This document shows positions 9,615 to 18,527 of a stretch of DNA of 64,000 nt, piece by piece; position 1 is the stretch's first letter; each line of letters opens with the position of its first letter. A program made the position numbers and the translations under genes. Below the pieces are notes generated by a model, which was given only the letters and a program-made list of their open reading frames with translations, ran no database searches and was not told the DNA's origin. The stretch is taken from positions 2,297 to 66,296 of the forward strand of contig JAPVTA010000102.1 of assembly GCA_047519465.1 (NCBI GenBank), given 5' to 3'. The stretch is from Thermodesulfobacteriota bacterium (GTDB lineage Bacteria > Desulfobacterota > BSN033 > UBA1163).

Positions 9615-10646
9615 CTAAGAGCTGAAACACTTTAGCTCCATGCTCACATTCTGGCGGATATATTCAAAAGCCTCTACCAGGGGGTGGAACCACGCCCATC
9701 CTCCGCCAGACTTCGATGCGGCAAATAGAATTCCTACCGCGGCCTTGCCGTCATAGATCAATCCACCGGAGTCGCCCTCTCGGACGCGACCGTCAACCTT
9801 AACCATCCATGCGTTCTCAACCTCATAATAGGTCCCTTTCCCGTACTGTATCCTGACCCATCCTCCGTATGAACAGACGACGCCCGTTTCGGCGTTTGAT
9901 GCAGGCAACACACAGCTTACGGGCAAGGACGGGACGATACGGCCTTTCGGCATGAAGCAGCGTATGCTCTCGTTCATTCCCGTAATTTTGAGATCTGGCA
10001 GCGGCAAGCACGCAGAATTTATTCGGGCGATAGCAATGTCGTATTCGATTCGCTTATGGGCCGCGACAGGACTGAATACGATTGCCGCAAACGCGGTTAT
10101 TCCCGGAGCGTATTCGCTTTGAATGGTCACTGGCAGCTCCGTCTGACCGTTCGGGTTGCCTATCACGTGGGCACAAGACAGAACATAAGTGTTCCTGTCA
10201 GACTTCGCTTTGTTCCTGAAAACCAATGTCATCGTTCCATCCCGGCGGGTTAAACCAATGCTCGAAGAAATGGGAGACCCTGCACCGCAGACCGTTCGGA
10301 TACGGCCGACTTCAATCACGTCGGTTGTAAACCTCAATTTCCGGTTGACCTTACCGTTCTTAAAACGACCGTAGACAAATCGCGGAAGCGCTTTTCCCTT
10401 ACGGTTCTTGGGAAGCCCCTTCTTCCACACGTAGAACTGAAGGGAGGCATGATTTTCCGTAGCCGCATTCTTTACAAATTTGGTTCCCGTGCTCATACCG
10501 ATGACATTCGAATAGTTCCTATAAAGTCTGTGTGCGGCTTGTTTCGCACGAAACAGCGCTGCTTCCGACTCGCCCTCTGAAGCAGGAAGACGACGATCTT
10601 TCTGTGCAGCCTTCCTCCGATTCATCGTTGAACTCGCCTTTTCCAC
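9615..10646 (-). CDS. Trypsin-like (S1) serine peptidase, no signal peptide
   Basis: Catalytic triad context: SCAHV (His), YDIAIARI (Asp), GDSGG (Ser). The ~110-aa N-terminus is basic and does not resemble a signal peptide. Confidence 0.65.
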   Translation of the reverse strand: MEKASSTMNRRKAAQKDRRLPASEGESEAALFRAKQAAHRLYRNYSNVIGMSTGTKFVKNAATENHASLQFYVWKKGLPKNRKGKALPRFVYGRFKNGKVNRKLRFTTDVIEVGRIRTVCGAGSPISSSIGLTRRDGTMTLVFRNKAKSDRNTYVLSCAHVIGNPNGQTELPVTIQSEYAPGITAFAAIVFSPVAAHKRIEYDIAIARINSACLPLPDLKITGMNESIRCFMPKGRIVPSLPVSCVLPASNAETGVVCSYGGWVRIQYGKGTYYEVENAWMVKVDGRVREGDSGGLIYDGKAAVGILFAASKSGGGWAWFHPLVEAFEYIRQNVSMELKCFSS

Positions 10647-10671
10647 AGAATGTGGGACTGGACAGAGTATT

Positions 10672-11319
10672 TTACGGGCTATAAATTCTGATGGCGCCCG
10701 CTCTGATCCCTGCTTGGGCTATATCTTCGGGAGTCGTGTTTGAAACGCTGATCTCAGGCCCGATAAAATCCCTGCCTGGCTCTTTATAACAGTATCTGGT
10801 ATAAGCGCTGCAGTACATGGCATGGGGATCATCGACGGGATTCGGGAGCCACTGTTTCTTCATGATGATGGCCCACCATGTCCCAAGAAGCTCATGAATC
10901 GGATAGAGTACCTGGTCGTCCACGAGCTGCAATGCCGTGGCGAGAATAAGATCTCTCTGATCTTCTGAAAGACCCAAATCTATCACGGCGGCATTTTCCA
11001 CTTCTTCCCTGCACCATTTTCCAATCCAATTCTCCTGGGCACCATTCCTGATCTGGGCTTTAAGAAGATTGACTTTAAGGTCAGACTCGAATATGTAGGG
11101 GCTTTTACTCTTCGTACCGTTCGGGCCTCTTCGGTCGAGCCTTAATTCCCCAAGGATAAAACAATGAGACCATAAGGAAGCTTTTCCATTTTTCGTAATA
11201 GCCTTCTGCCCTTCCCTGACGGCCGTCCCAATCATATCCTTGGCCCCCACCATCCCTATGGTCCCCGGTTTATAATCGGTCTCAAAGAACTCAAGGAGTC
11301 TGGGATTTAACCCCTCCAT
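10672..11319 (-). CDS. Hypothetical protein upstream of the trypsin-like peptidase
   Basis: 215-aa ORF in the same strand and operon position; conserved Cys/His (SHCF, HAMYCSAY) but no family recognised. Confidence 0.4.
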   Translation of the reverse strand: MEGLNPRLLEFFETDYKPGTIGMVGAKDMIGTAVREGQKAITKNGKASLWSHCFILGELRLDRRGPNGTKSKSPYIFESDLKVNLLKAQIRNGAQENWIGKWCREEVENAAVIDLGLSEDQRDLILATALQLVDDQVLYPIHELLGTWWAIIMKKQWLPNPVDDPHAMYCSAYTRYCYKEPGRDFIGPEISVSNTTPEDIAQAGIRAGAIRIYSP

Positions 11320-11831
11320 AACTTATCCTCCTCCGGAGTCAGGCCATCGACCCGATTGACCGCCCTTCGTCCGTCGCCCGAAATGACATTCCGGGAGCGT
11401 TCTATGAGTTTATATCAGCTGCCGCTGCAATCCAGATCTTTCTCATTCCATGAGGGCGCAAAGTGAGGAAGGCTCTAAGGGAGCAGAAAATCCCTTAAAG
11501 CTTTTGATAGGGGATCTTCTGGAAGGGCCTTCTCATCTTTCACTCCACAAGACTGAACTGTGGTAGGAACAACCGTCCGGAAGCCACGTCTTTATCCTTT
11601 TTTAAAATTCCCGGAGAACAACAGCCCACCCCAAAGATCGCCACGGACTTTATCAAAATTGCTTTCGGAAGTCAATGAATATTTTCCACACCCGCAGAGG
11701 TCCAGCGGCCTCCCGCTCGCTCTCCTGCCCGGGGGGGTCTGACTGGGGGTGGGCGGGGGAGCGGGAAGCGCGACAGAAGGCTGCAGGTTGACAGGATCAG
11801 GTTAATTTGATTTAATGAGAATGAAACCCGA

Positions 11832-12620
11832 ATGAAAAAAAAAGAGACCAAAATCTCTGCGGTGATCCCGGCACGCTACGCCTCCACTCGCTTCGAGGGA
11901 AAACCCCTCGCCGATATTCTCGGCAAACCTATGATCCAACGCGTTTACGAGGGAGTGCGCCAGTCAAAGCTGATTGACGAGGTCATCGTCGCGACGGATG
12001 ACCAAAGGATAATAGAGACCGTAAAATCCTTCGGCGGAAGAGCCGTCATGACCTCTCCAACCCATCTCACCGGGACTGACCGGGTAGCGGAGGTTGCCAA
12101 GAAGCTCAAGTCGGAGATCATCGTCAATGTCCAGGGGGATGAGCCTTTGATCAAAGGAGATATCATTGATAGCGCGATACGCCCTCTCCTCACCGATGGT
12201 ACCCTCCCATTATCCACCTTGATGGCCAGAGTCGAGGAGGTGAGGGACTGGCTCAATCCCCATATCGTAAAGGTTGTTGCAGACCAAGAGGATTTCGCCC
12301 TCTATTTCTCCCGTTCTCCCATCCCTTTTCCCCGGGATCTCCAGATCGGACGCCTGGAATCCAACCCTTTCGGAACAAATCGGCCTTTGCCAAAGAGAGT
12401 GTTCAAGCACATCGGCGTCTATGTCTTTCGGCGGAAATTTCTCCTCCAATTCTCAAAAATGAAGCCCACCCCTCTGGAAAAGCTTGAAAAACTCGAGCAG
12501 CTTCGTGCGTTAGAAAATGGCCACCGGATTAAGGTCGTCGCCGTCGAGTATGAGCCGATATGCGTGGACACCCCCGAGGATATCCAGAAAGTAGAAGCCT
12601 TCCTGACGTCCCCTCATTGA
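11832..12620 (+). CDS. kdsB: 3-deoxy-manno-octulosonate cytidylyltransferase (CMP-KDO synthetase)
   Basis: N-terminal IPARYASTRFEGKPL nucleotidyltransferase motif; full-length collinearity with KdsB. Confidence 0.9.
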   Translation: MKKKETKISAVIPARYASTRFEGKPLADILGKPMIQRVYEGVRQSKLIDEVIVATDDQRIIETVKSFGGRAVMTSPTHLTGTDRVAEVAKKLKSEIIVNVQGDEPLIKGDIIDSAIRPLLTDGTLPLSTLMARVEEVRDWLNPHIVKVVADQEDFALYFSRSPIPFPRDLQIGRLESNPFGTNRPLPKRVFKHIGVYVFRRKFLLQFSKMKPTPLEKLEKLEQLRALENGHRIKVVAVEYEPICVDTPEDIQKVEAFLTSPH

Positions 12621-12717
12621 GGTTCATCACCCAAAATGATTTTCCCCCTTGCCCTCTCGTCCGAGGAGTTGTGTAGGGGCTCAATTCATTGAGCCCTATT
12701 GGCGGGCCTAATAAATG

Positions 12718-12805
12718 AATCTCCTCTCCCCAGGGTGAGGGCTTCCCGGGCACGCCAGTGGCGAACAGAATGTGAGCAGATGAGATTTCATTTATATTGT
12801 GCCCT
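12718..12805 (+). repeat. Interspersed repeat family C (also near 16.59 kb, 50.55 kb, 55.32 kb)
   Basis: gggcttcccgggcacgccagtggcgaacagaatgtgagc...atttcatttatattgtgccc is near-identical to the reverse complement of 55320-55390. Confidence 0.7.
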
Positions 12806-12897
12806 TGCCGACCAAGCCCCTACAATTCTGACACAGTCTCTCAGGAAAGAGGCCGCGGTGAGGGGATCAGCTTGAGTTCAGAAAAAAATATTTTTCT

Positions 12898-12927
12898 ATT
12901 GTTTTAGCGAATTCGTGCGGTATAATG
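12898..12927 (+). promoter_or_regulatory. Sigma70-like promoter (TTGTTT-16-TATAAT) upstream of the Cys-rich protein gene
   Basis: ttgttt..16 nt..tataat, then RBS aaaggaggtg at 12948. Confidence 0.45.
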
Positions 12928-12964
12928 GGTGGGTATCGCATAAATCGAAAGGAGGTGATATGGA

Positions 12965-13336
12965 ATGAAAAAGCTGCTGGTTCTCACCCTTGTGTTTACC
13001 ATGGCTCTTGCAACTCTTGCTCTCGCTGCCAAGACCAAGATGACCGCAAAGGTTGGAGACGAACTCTACGTCTGCGGCTGCGGCGAAGCTTGCCCGTGTG
13101 ACACGATGTCAAGAAACCCCGGCAAGTGCACCTGTGACAAAGACCTGGTAAAGACAAAGGTGACGAAGGTTGAGAAGGGAATGATTACGGTAGAGTCCAG
13201 GAAGAAGCCTTTCATCAGCGTCGGGAAATACGCCTGCGCTTGCGGACCCGATTGTAAATGCGACACCATCAGCCAGAATCCGGGCAACTGCACCTGCGGC
13301 AAGAAGATGATGGAGGTAAAAGCAAAGGGTAAATAG
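12965..13336 (+). CDS. Secreted cysteine-rich tandem-repeat protein (putative periplasmic metal-binding, metallothionein-like)
   Basis: Signal peptide, then two copies of C-x-C-G-x2-C-x-C-D-T-x-S-x-N-P-G-x-C-T-C (12 Cys in total); strong RBS; rho-independent terminator downstream. Confidence 0.6.
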   Translation: MKKLLVLTLVFTMALATLALAAKTKMTAKVGDELYVCGCGEACPCDTMSRNPGKCTCDKDLVKTKVTKVEKGMITVESRKKPFISVGKYACACGPDCKCDTISQNPGNCTCGKKMMEVKAKGK

Positions 13337-13378
13337 GCAACCGCGTTCTATTCGGCAGTGAAATAACGGATACTCATA

Positions 13379-13415
13379 CGGCAGGGTTCCAAAGTTCGAA
13401 CCCTGCTTTTTTTTG
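13379..13415 (+). terminator. Rho-independent terminator
   Basis: gcagggttc-caaagtt-gaaccctgc followed by tttttttt. Confidence 0.8.
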
Positions 13416-13596
13416 AAACAGGAGAACAGGGGCATCCATTGAGGTCCCTACAAGTTTAACACCTTGTAAGGATTGGTTTTTTCTATGAGAGAAGCCCCCG
13501 CAGCCGCTTTTGGTCACTCTACGGATCCGAACAAAAAATTACGAACTTTTGTGCAAATAGGATTGATTTTTTTGTATTTTTAGTGTATATTTATTT

Positions 13597-14772
13597 GTGT
13601 TCGCTGAAAAAAGGAAAAAGGTCTCTAAATTGTCCAAGTCCCCCCTTTCACTTTTCCTCATTTTCTTCTTTTTCCTTTTTTTTGTTTTTGCCTGCTCCAC
13701 GCCGTCCTGGTTTCCAATTAAGAAGGGACCCTCGTACAAGGCAAAAACGAAAGAATTGCTGGATAAAGACGTCATCATCATAGATAAAGAAGAATATGTC
13801 AAGGTCTTGAACCCGAAAGCTTCGGAGGGGAGGGATCAACCCAAGTACCTTTATATTCCGGTGAATGAATACCTATCCAATAGGGAAGCCTTCGCGACCC
13901 AGCCCGTTCGGACAGCAGAAACCAAGATAGAAGCCCCTGCTTCTCCTGTAAAGGCCCCCTCTTCCTTAGAGGAGGAAAGCCATGTCGTGTCTCCTTCGAA
14001 ACCGACGTCCGCGGGCTTAAAGAAAAGGGTTTTGATCTCTTATTTCGATGATCGAATTGCCGAGGGTGAAGAAGTCTTAGGAGACTGGATCGCTGAAAAG
14101 CTGGTAAAAGAGGTAAACCGGAGGTCCCTTCAGGTCCTTTTTACCGACTATCAAGTGGTGAAGGAATTTCTTGGAAATAACGGCGTCGATATGAAGGACC
14201 TTGAAACACCCAAGATCCTCCAATATCTCAACGAGATCTTTGGGGTTCGTGCCCTTATCGTTGGACAGCTCTCAGGCCCCTATGTTTTTACGACCAAGGC
14301 GACGAATGCCGAAGGAGAAACGGCCTCGGCCATCATCCGAATAGATATCAAGGTAGTAGATACTTTTTCAGGGAAAACCCTTAAAACCCTATCCGCAAGC
14401 AATCCGATTTTCGCGGCCAAGGAAAAGGGCTCCTTTTCTGAAGAGAAGGCCAGAGTGAGGGCGATCGACCTTGCCGTTGCTTCCCTCGGACGCTCCCTCG
14501 CCAAAGAATTAGACGGCATGGATTGGTTTTGCCGGATCACGAAGGTCGACGGTGAAGAAGTCTATTTGAATGCCGGAAAATTGACCGGCCTCAAGATAGG
14601 GGATGTGATGGAAGTGTTTCGGCACGGCGGATTTGGAGAACGAGGAGAGGTGAAAGGTAAGGTTCGAGTGTCGGCCTTTTTGGGAATCGATGCTTCGATG
14701 GGCAGGCTGATCCAGGGGAAAAACCCCGATGTCAACGACATTTTGAAGTTGCCCATGAGTGAAGGGAGCTGA
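13597..14772 (+). CDS. Lipoprotein, function unknown (start uncertain)
   Basis: Hydrophobic signal with Cys lipobox (LFFVFAC); low-complexity linker (PASPVKAPSS); conserved C-terminal region. Confidence 0.5.
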   Translation: MFAEKRKKVSKLSKSPLSLFLIFFFFLFFVFACSTPSWFPIKKGPSYKAKTKELLDKDVIIIDKEEYVKVLNPKASEGRDQPKYLYIPVNEYLSNREAFATQPVRTAETKIEAPASPVKAPSSLEEESHVVSPSKPTSAGLKKRVLISYFDDRIAEGEEVLGDWIAEKLVKEVNRRSLQVLFTDYQVVKEFLGNNGVDMKDLETPKILQYLNEIFGVRALIVGQLSGPYVFTTKATNAEGETASAIIRIDIKVVDTFSGKTLKTLSASNPIFAAKEKGSFSEEKARVRAIDLAVASLGRSLAKELDGMDWFCRITKVDGEEVYLNAGKLTGLKIGDVMEVFRHGGFGERGEVKGKVRVSAFLGIDASMGRLIQGKNPDVNDILKLPMSEGS

Positions 14773-14886
14773 GTTCCCTGCGTTGAATCCGCCATCATCG
14801 AGACCGTCTTTGCGTTGACACGGTATCGTTCGTCCCGTAGTTGAGATTGTTTTTTTTCTTACTGCCAGGAAGGAGGTTTTGAATTT

Positions 14887-15369
14887 ATGTTCGCGATCGG
14901 TGATAAAGCGGTTTATCCAGGACACGGGGTTGGAATTATCGAGGCCATTGAGACCAAACAGATCTCCGGTAAAGAACAGAGCTTCTTCATCCTGCGAATT
15001 CTGGAAAACGGGATGACCATTATGATCCCCCGGGATAATGTGGAGGCGGCCAAACTGAGGGGCGTCATCCGGAAAATTGACGTCCGGAAGGTCATCGGAA
15101 TTCTAAAGGACCGGGATGTAACCGTCGATAACCAGACCTGGAATCGGAGATACCGCGAGTATATGGAAAAAATCAACACGGGGTCGATCTACGGCATCGC
15201 GGAAGTACTCCGAGATCTCCATCTTCTCAAAGAAGAAAAAGAGCTCTCCTTCGGCGAGAGGAAAATCATGGATACCGCCAAGAATCTCCTGGTCAAGGAA
15301 CTGGCCATCGCCCGGGATGTGAAAGAGACGGATATCTTGAGGGAGATCAAATCGATCTTCGGATCATAA
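14887..15369 (+). CDS. cdnL: CarD/CdnL-family RNA-polymerase-binding transcription factor
   Basis: N-terminal FAIGDKAVYPGHGVGIIEAIE matches the CarD_CdnL_TRCF domain; 160 aa. Confidence 0.85.
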   Translation: MFAIGDKAVYPGHGVGIIEAIETKQISGKEQSFFILRILENGMTIMIPRDNVEAAKLRGVIRKIDVRKVIGILKDRDVTVDNQTWNRRYREYMEKINTGSIYGIAEVLRDLHLLKEEKELSFGERKIMDTAKNLLVKELAIARDVKETDILREIKSIFGS

Positions 15370-15447
15370 CCTCTCCCAAATTCCTATCCTTCGTTTTCAT
15401 TGGAATGTCTTCTCATATCACCCAATCGTCGAAAGGAGGTGAACGGG

Positions 15448-16500
15448 TTGGGCTCATGGATTCTTGGTATCTTATTGTTCCTGGTCTGCGGGATCGGCGG
15501 GTATGCCCTTACCCAGGGAATTTTCCCGTCTCCCCCGATTCGCCTCCTGGGGTTCATCGGCGGACTCCTCCTCGCCGCCTTGACCCTTCTGATCGAAAAG
15601 GGATTAAAAAAAATCCCCCTAAGAAATTTGTTGGGAAGCTTTATCGGATTGATCCTCGGCATCCTGACCGCCAATTTCCTCTTCAACGTCTTTTTCTCCG
15701 GTCTGTTTAATCAGCCAGAAACGGTCCTTCCTCTTTTAAGCGTGCTCTACGGGGTCTGTGGCTATATCGGCCTTCGAATCGGGTATAAGAAGGGAGAGGA
15801 AATTCATCTCCCCAATTGGAAACTCTTCTCGAAAAATCTCCCTCAGAGTGAAAATGCGAAGATCTTGGATACCAGTGTGATCATCGACGGCCGCATCGCC
15901 GACATCACAGAAACGGGCTTTATCGAGGGGGCGTTGATCATCCCGCAATTCGTTTTGAACGAGCTGCAGCACATTGCCGACTCCTCGGACTCCATCAAAC
16001 GGACGAGAGGCAAGAGGGGTTTGGAGGTTCTCCACCATATACAAAAACAGGCCAACGTGGATGTCCGAATTGTAGACAAGGATTATCCTACGGTCAAAGA
16101 GGTCGATTCAAAATTGATTGAATTGGCGAAAGAGGTCCGGGGGAAGATCATCACCAACGACTCCAACCTTAATAAAGTAGCGGAGCTCCAGGGGATCGAG
16201 GTCCTCAACATCAATGAGTTGGCCAATTCTATAAAGCCCGTTGTCCTCCCCGGAGAGGAGATTAATGTCAAAATCCTGAAAGAAGGAAAAGAAATCGGGC
16301 AGGGGGTGGCATATCTCGACGATGGGACAATGATTGTGGTCGATAACGGCAGGAAACACATGGGCAAGACGATCGATGTCGTCGTCACCAGCGTTCTCCA
16401 AACCCCGGCGGGAAGGATGATTTTCGCTCGCCTCAAGGAGGAGGCAACTCGCGAGGCCAAGGGGAAAGATTATTATTACCCCCTGGACAGTGAATTTTGA
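15448..16500 (+). CDS. yacL: PIN-TRAM domain protein (YacL-like)
   Basis: N-terminal TM segments, PIN domain (ILDTSVIIDGRI...), C-terminal TRAM; start moved to in-frame TTG 8 nt after the aaggagg RBS. Confidence 0.75.
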   Translation: MGSWILGILLFLVCGIGGYALTQGIFPSPPIRLLGFIGGLLLAALTLLIEKGLKKIPLRNLLGSFIGLILGILTANFLFNVFFSGLFNQPETVLPLLSVLYGVCGYIGLRIGYKKGEEIHLPNWKLFSKNLPQSENAKILDTSVIIDGRIADITETGFIEGALIIPQFVLNELQHIADSSDSIKRTRGKRGLEVLHHIQKQANVDVRIVDKDYPTVKEVDSKLIELAKEVRGKIITNDSNLNKVAELQGIEVLNINELANSIKPVVLPGEEINVKILKEGKEIGQGVAYLDDGTMIVVDNGRKHMGKTIDVVVTSVLQTPAGRMIFARLKEEATREAKGKDYYYPLDSEF

Positions 16501-16640
16501 ATCTTCTCCCCTCACCCCGTCCCTCCTTCCTGAGAGGCTGTGCCCCAATCGTGGCATTGGCAGAAGAGACAGTCGGGTTTGAAGCTCCTCGCTCACAGGG
16601 TGGGGCTTCCCGGAAAGGAAATTTCGTTCATATTGTGCCC
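16501..16640 (+). repeat. GC-rich intergenic repeat (ccctcacccc hairpin motif plus a family-C fragment)
   Basis: cccctcaccccgtccctcc and gggtggggcttcccgg...tcatattgtgcccc are shared with 12.7 kb and 55.3 kb. Confidence 0.55.
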
Positions 16641-16894
16641 CTCAACCCCGCCTATCCCGTTCTTCGCGGGACGAGGCACGTTCCGGCCAAAGCTTTGGAA
16701 TGCGGTCTCTTAGGAATCGCTAATCAGTGCTTGCGGGAACGGAATCATTTCATGGATCTCAAACGCGTGAAGCTAACGTGTAAAAGGTTGCCGCTCCATA
16801 GCTTTTCGACCGACCGCCTCTTCTGCCTTGTTATAATTGGTTTTTATGGTCGCGGCATAGGCTCCTGAGGGGGGAGGGAAAGCCTGCCTCCCCT

Positions 16895-16975
16895 GAATTA
16901 TGTTAGGTCCAGGGCCTGCCCCGCCCTCGGTCTATTAATAGTGCGGGACCGGGGCCGGTAGGCAGGGATGAGCTT
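16895..16975 (+). repeat. Palindromic repeat family B (atgttaggtccagggcctgcc...ccggtaggcagg)
   Basis: Near-duplicate of 18428-18470. Confidence 0.6.
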
Positions 16976-16990
16976 TTTGACTGTTGAGCG

Positions 16991-17719
16991 ATGAAGGCCG
17001 ACGCAGTGATCGTCTCCGCCGGGAAGGGACTTCGCTTCATGGAGGGGAAGAAGAAACAATTCCACTCCCTGGGGGGGAAGCCCATTCTCGTTCACACCCT
17101 TGAAAAATTTGAGACCTGCCCTCTGATCCGCTCTATCCTCCTCGTGGTGGGCCAAGAGGATATGGATTACTGCCTGAAAGAAATCGTCGAAAGATATAAG
17201 TTTCAGAAGGTCTCCCAGATCGTCCCGGGGGGAAAGCGAAGGCAGGAGTCTGTTAAAAACGGGGTTGACGCTCTCCCGAAGGAGGCCGACGTGGTATCGA
17301 TTCACGACGGAGTCCGCCCTTTCGTCACCCGAGCCATGATCGAAGATACCCTTCACGCTGCGGCGCGGTTTGGGGCAGTGGTATTGGCCATGCCAGTCAA
17401 GGACACGATTAAAGTCTCCAATCCGGACGGAACGGTTCTGAAGACGCTGGATCGGGAAACCCTCTGGCAAATCCAGACCCCGCAGGCTTTCCGGGTCAGC
17501 GTGATCAAAGAGGCTCACTATCGGGCGGCAGAAGACGGGTTTGTCGGAACCGACGACGCCTCTCTTGTGGAACGCCTGGGAATAAAGGTCCATATCCTTC
17601 CAGGATCCTACACAAACATTAAGATCACGACCCCCGAAGACCTGTTTTTGGCCAACCTCTATCTCAAGACGGGCATTCTTTCCAAAAAAGACACGACAGG
17701 AGGAGGAATAAAAGGATGA
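16991..17719 (+). CDS. ispD: 2-C-methyl-D-erythritol 4-phosphate cytidylyltransferase
   Basis: VIVSAGKGLRF nucleotidyltransferase motif; 242 aa; overlaps ispF start (ATGA). Confidence 0.9.
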   Translation: MKADAVIVSAGKGLRFMEGKKKQFHSLGGKPILVHTLEKFETCPLIRSILLVVGQEDMDYCLKEIVERYKFQKVSQIVPGGKRRQESVKNGVDALPKEADVVSIHDGVRPFVTRAMIEDTLHAAARFGAVVLAMPVKDTIKVSNPDGTVLKTLDRETLWQIQTPQAFRVSVIKEAHYRAAEDGFVGTDDASLVERLGIKVHILPGSYTNIKITTPEDLFLANLYLKTGILSKKDTTGGGIKG

Positions 17720-18189
17720 GAGTTGGCTTTGGATATGACGTTCACGCCTTCGTTTCAGGGAGGCCGTTGATCCTGGGAGGAGTCAGAATCCCGTATCTCT
17801 TCGGGTTAAAGGGACATTCCGATGCAGATGTTCTTCTCCATGCCATCTGCGATGCCTTGCTCGGGGCCGTCGCAGAGGGAGATATCGGAAGACATTTTCC
17901 GGATACGGATCCCCAGTACCGTGATATCAAGAGCACGATACTCTTGAAAAGGGTGCTGACCAAGGTCAGGGAGAAAGGGTTTCGCCCGATCAATGTGGAT
18001 GCCACCGTAGTCGCCCAGAAACCCAAACTCTCCGATAGCATCCCCAGGATGGTGAAAGAGGTTGCGGATGTCCTGGAGATCGAAACCGAGAGGGTGAACG
18101 TGAAGGCCACCACGACAGAGGGGTTGGGATTTGCCGGTAGGGAGGAAGGCATTGCTGCCTATGCCGTGGCTTTGGTCGAAAAAGAGTAA
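17716..18189 (+). CDS. ispF: 2-C-methyl-D-erythritol 2,4-cyclodiphosphate synthase
   Basis: MRVGFGYDVHAF...HSDADVLLHAICDALLGA metal-binding motifs; 157 aa. Confidence 0.9.
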   Translation: MRVGFGYDVHAFVSGRPLILGGVRIPYLFGLKGHSDADVLLHAICDALLGAVAEGDIGRHFPDTDPQYRDIKSTILLKRVLTKVREKGFRPINVDATVVAQKPKLSDSIPRMVKEVADVLEIETERVNVKATTTEGLGFAGREEGIAAYAVALVEKE

Positions 18190-18199
18190 GCACCAAGTT

Positions 18200-18470
18200 C
18201 CAAACCCCCTCACCCCGCCTTCTCCCCGACGGGGAGAGGGGAAGGGTGAAGGGCGGTCATTTGAAATTGGTGCTTGAGATTACGTAGAAAATACCTCCTC
18301 TCCCCTGGTGGGAGATGATTGAGGTGAGGGGGGAATCAGCTCAAATGTCCACTCCCACCCTCACCCTCCCCCGTCGAGGCGGAGTGGGCTTAGTCATATT
18401 TTCATAGTTCGCGCCTGCCTGCCCTGTACTATGCTAGGTTCAGGGCCTGCCGGTAGGCAGGGGTGACGAA
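18200..18470. repeat. Cluster of GC-rich palindromic repeats (families A and B)
   Basis: ccccctcaccccgccttctccccgacggggagaggggaagggtgaaggg hairpin; second gaggtgagggg...ccaccctcaccctccccc copy; ctatgctaggttcagggcctgccggtaggcagg. Confidence 0.6.
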
Positions 18471-18527
18471 CCCGTCATGTAAAATTTATTTGGAATTTGA
18501 GATTTTACCCCAGGTGAAGGGTTTCAG

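Noticed and set aside
16898-17593. 231-aa minus-strand ORF
   Set aside because: Fully antisense to ispD, whose identity is unambiguous; shadow ORF.
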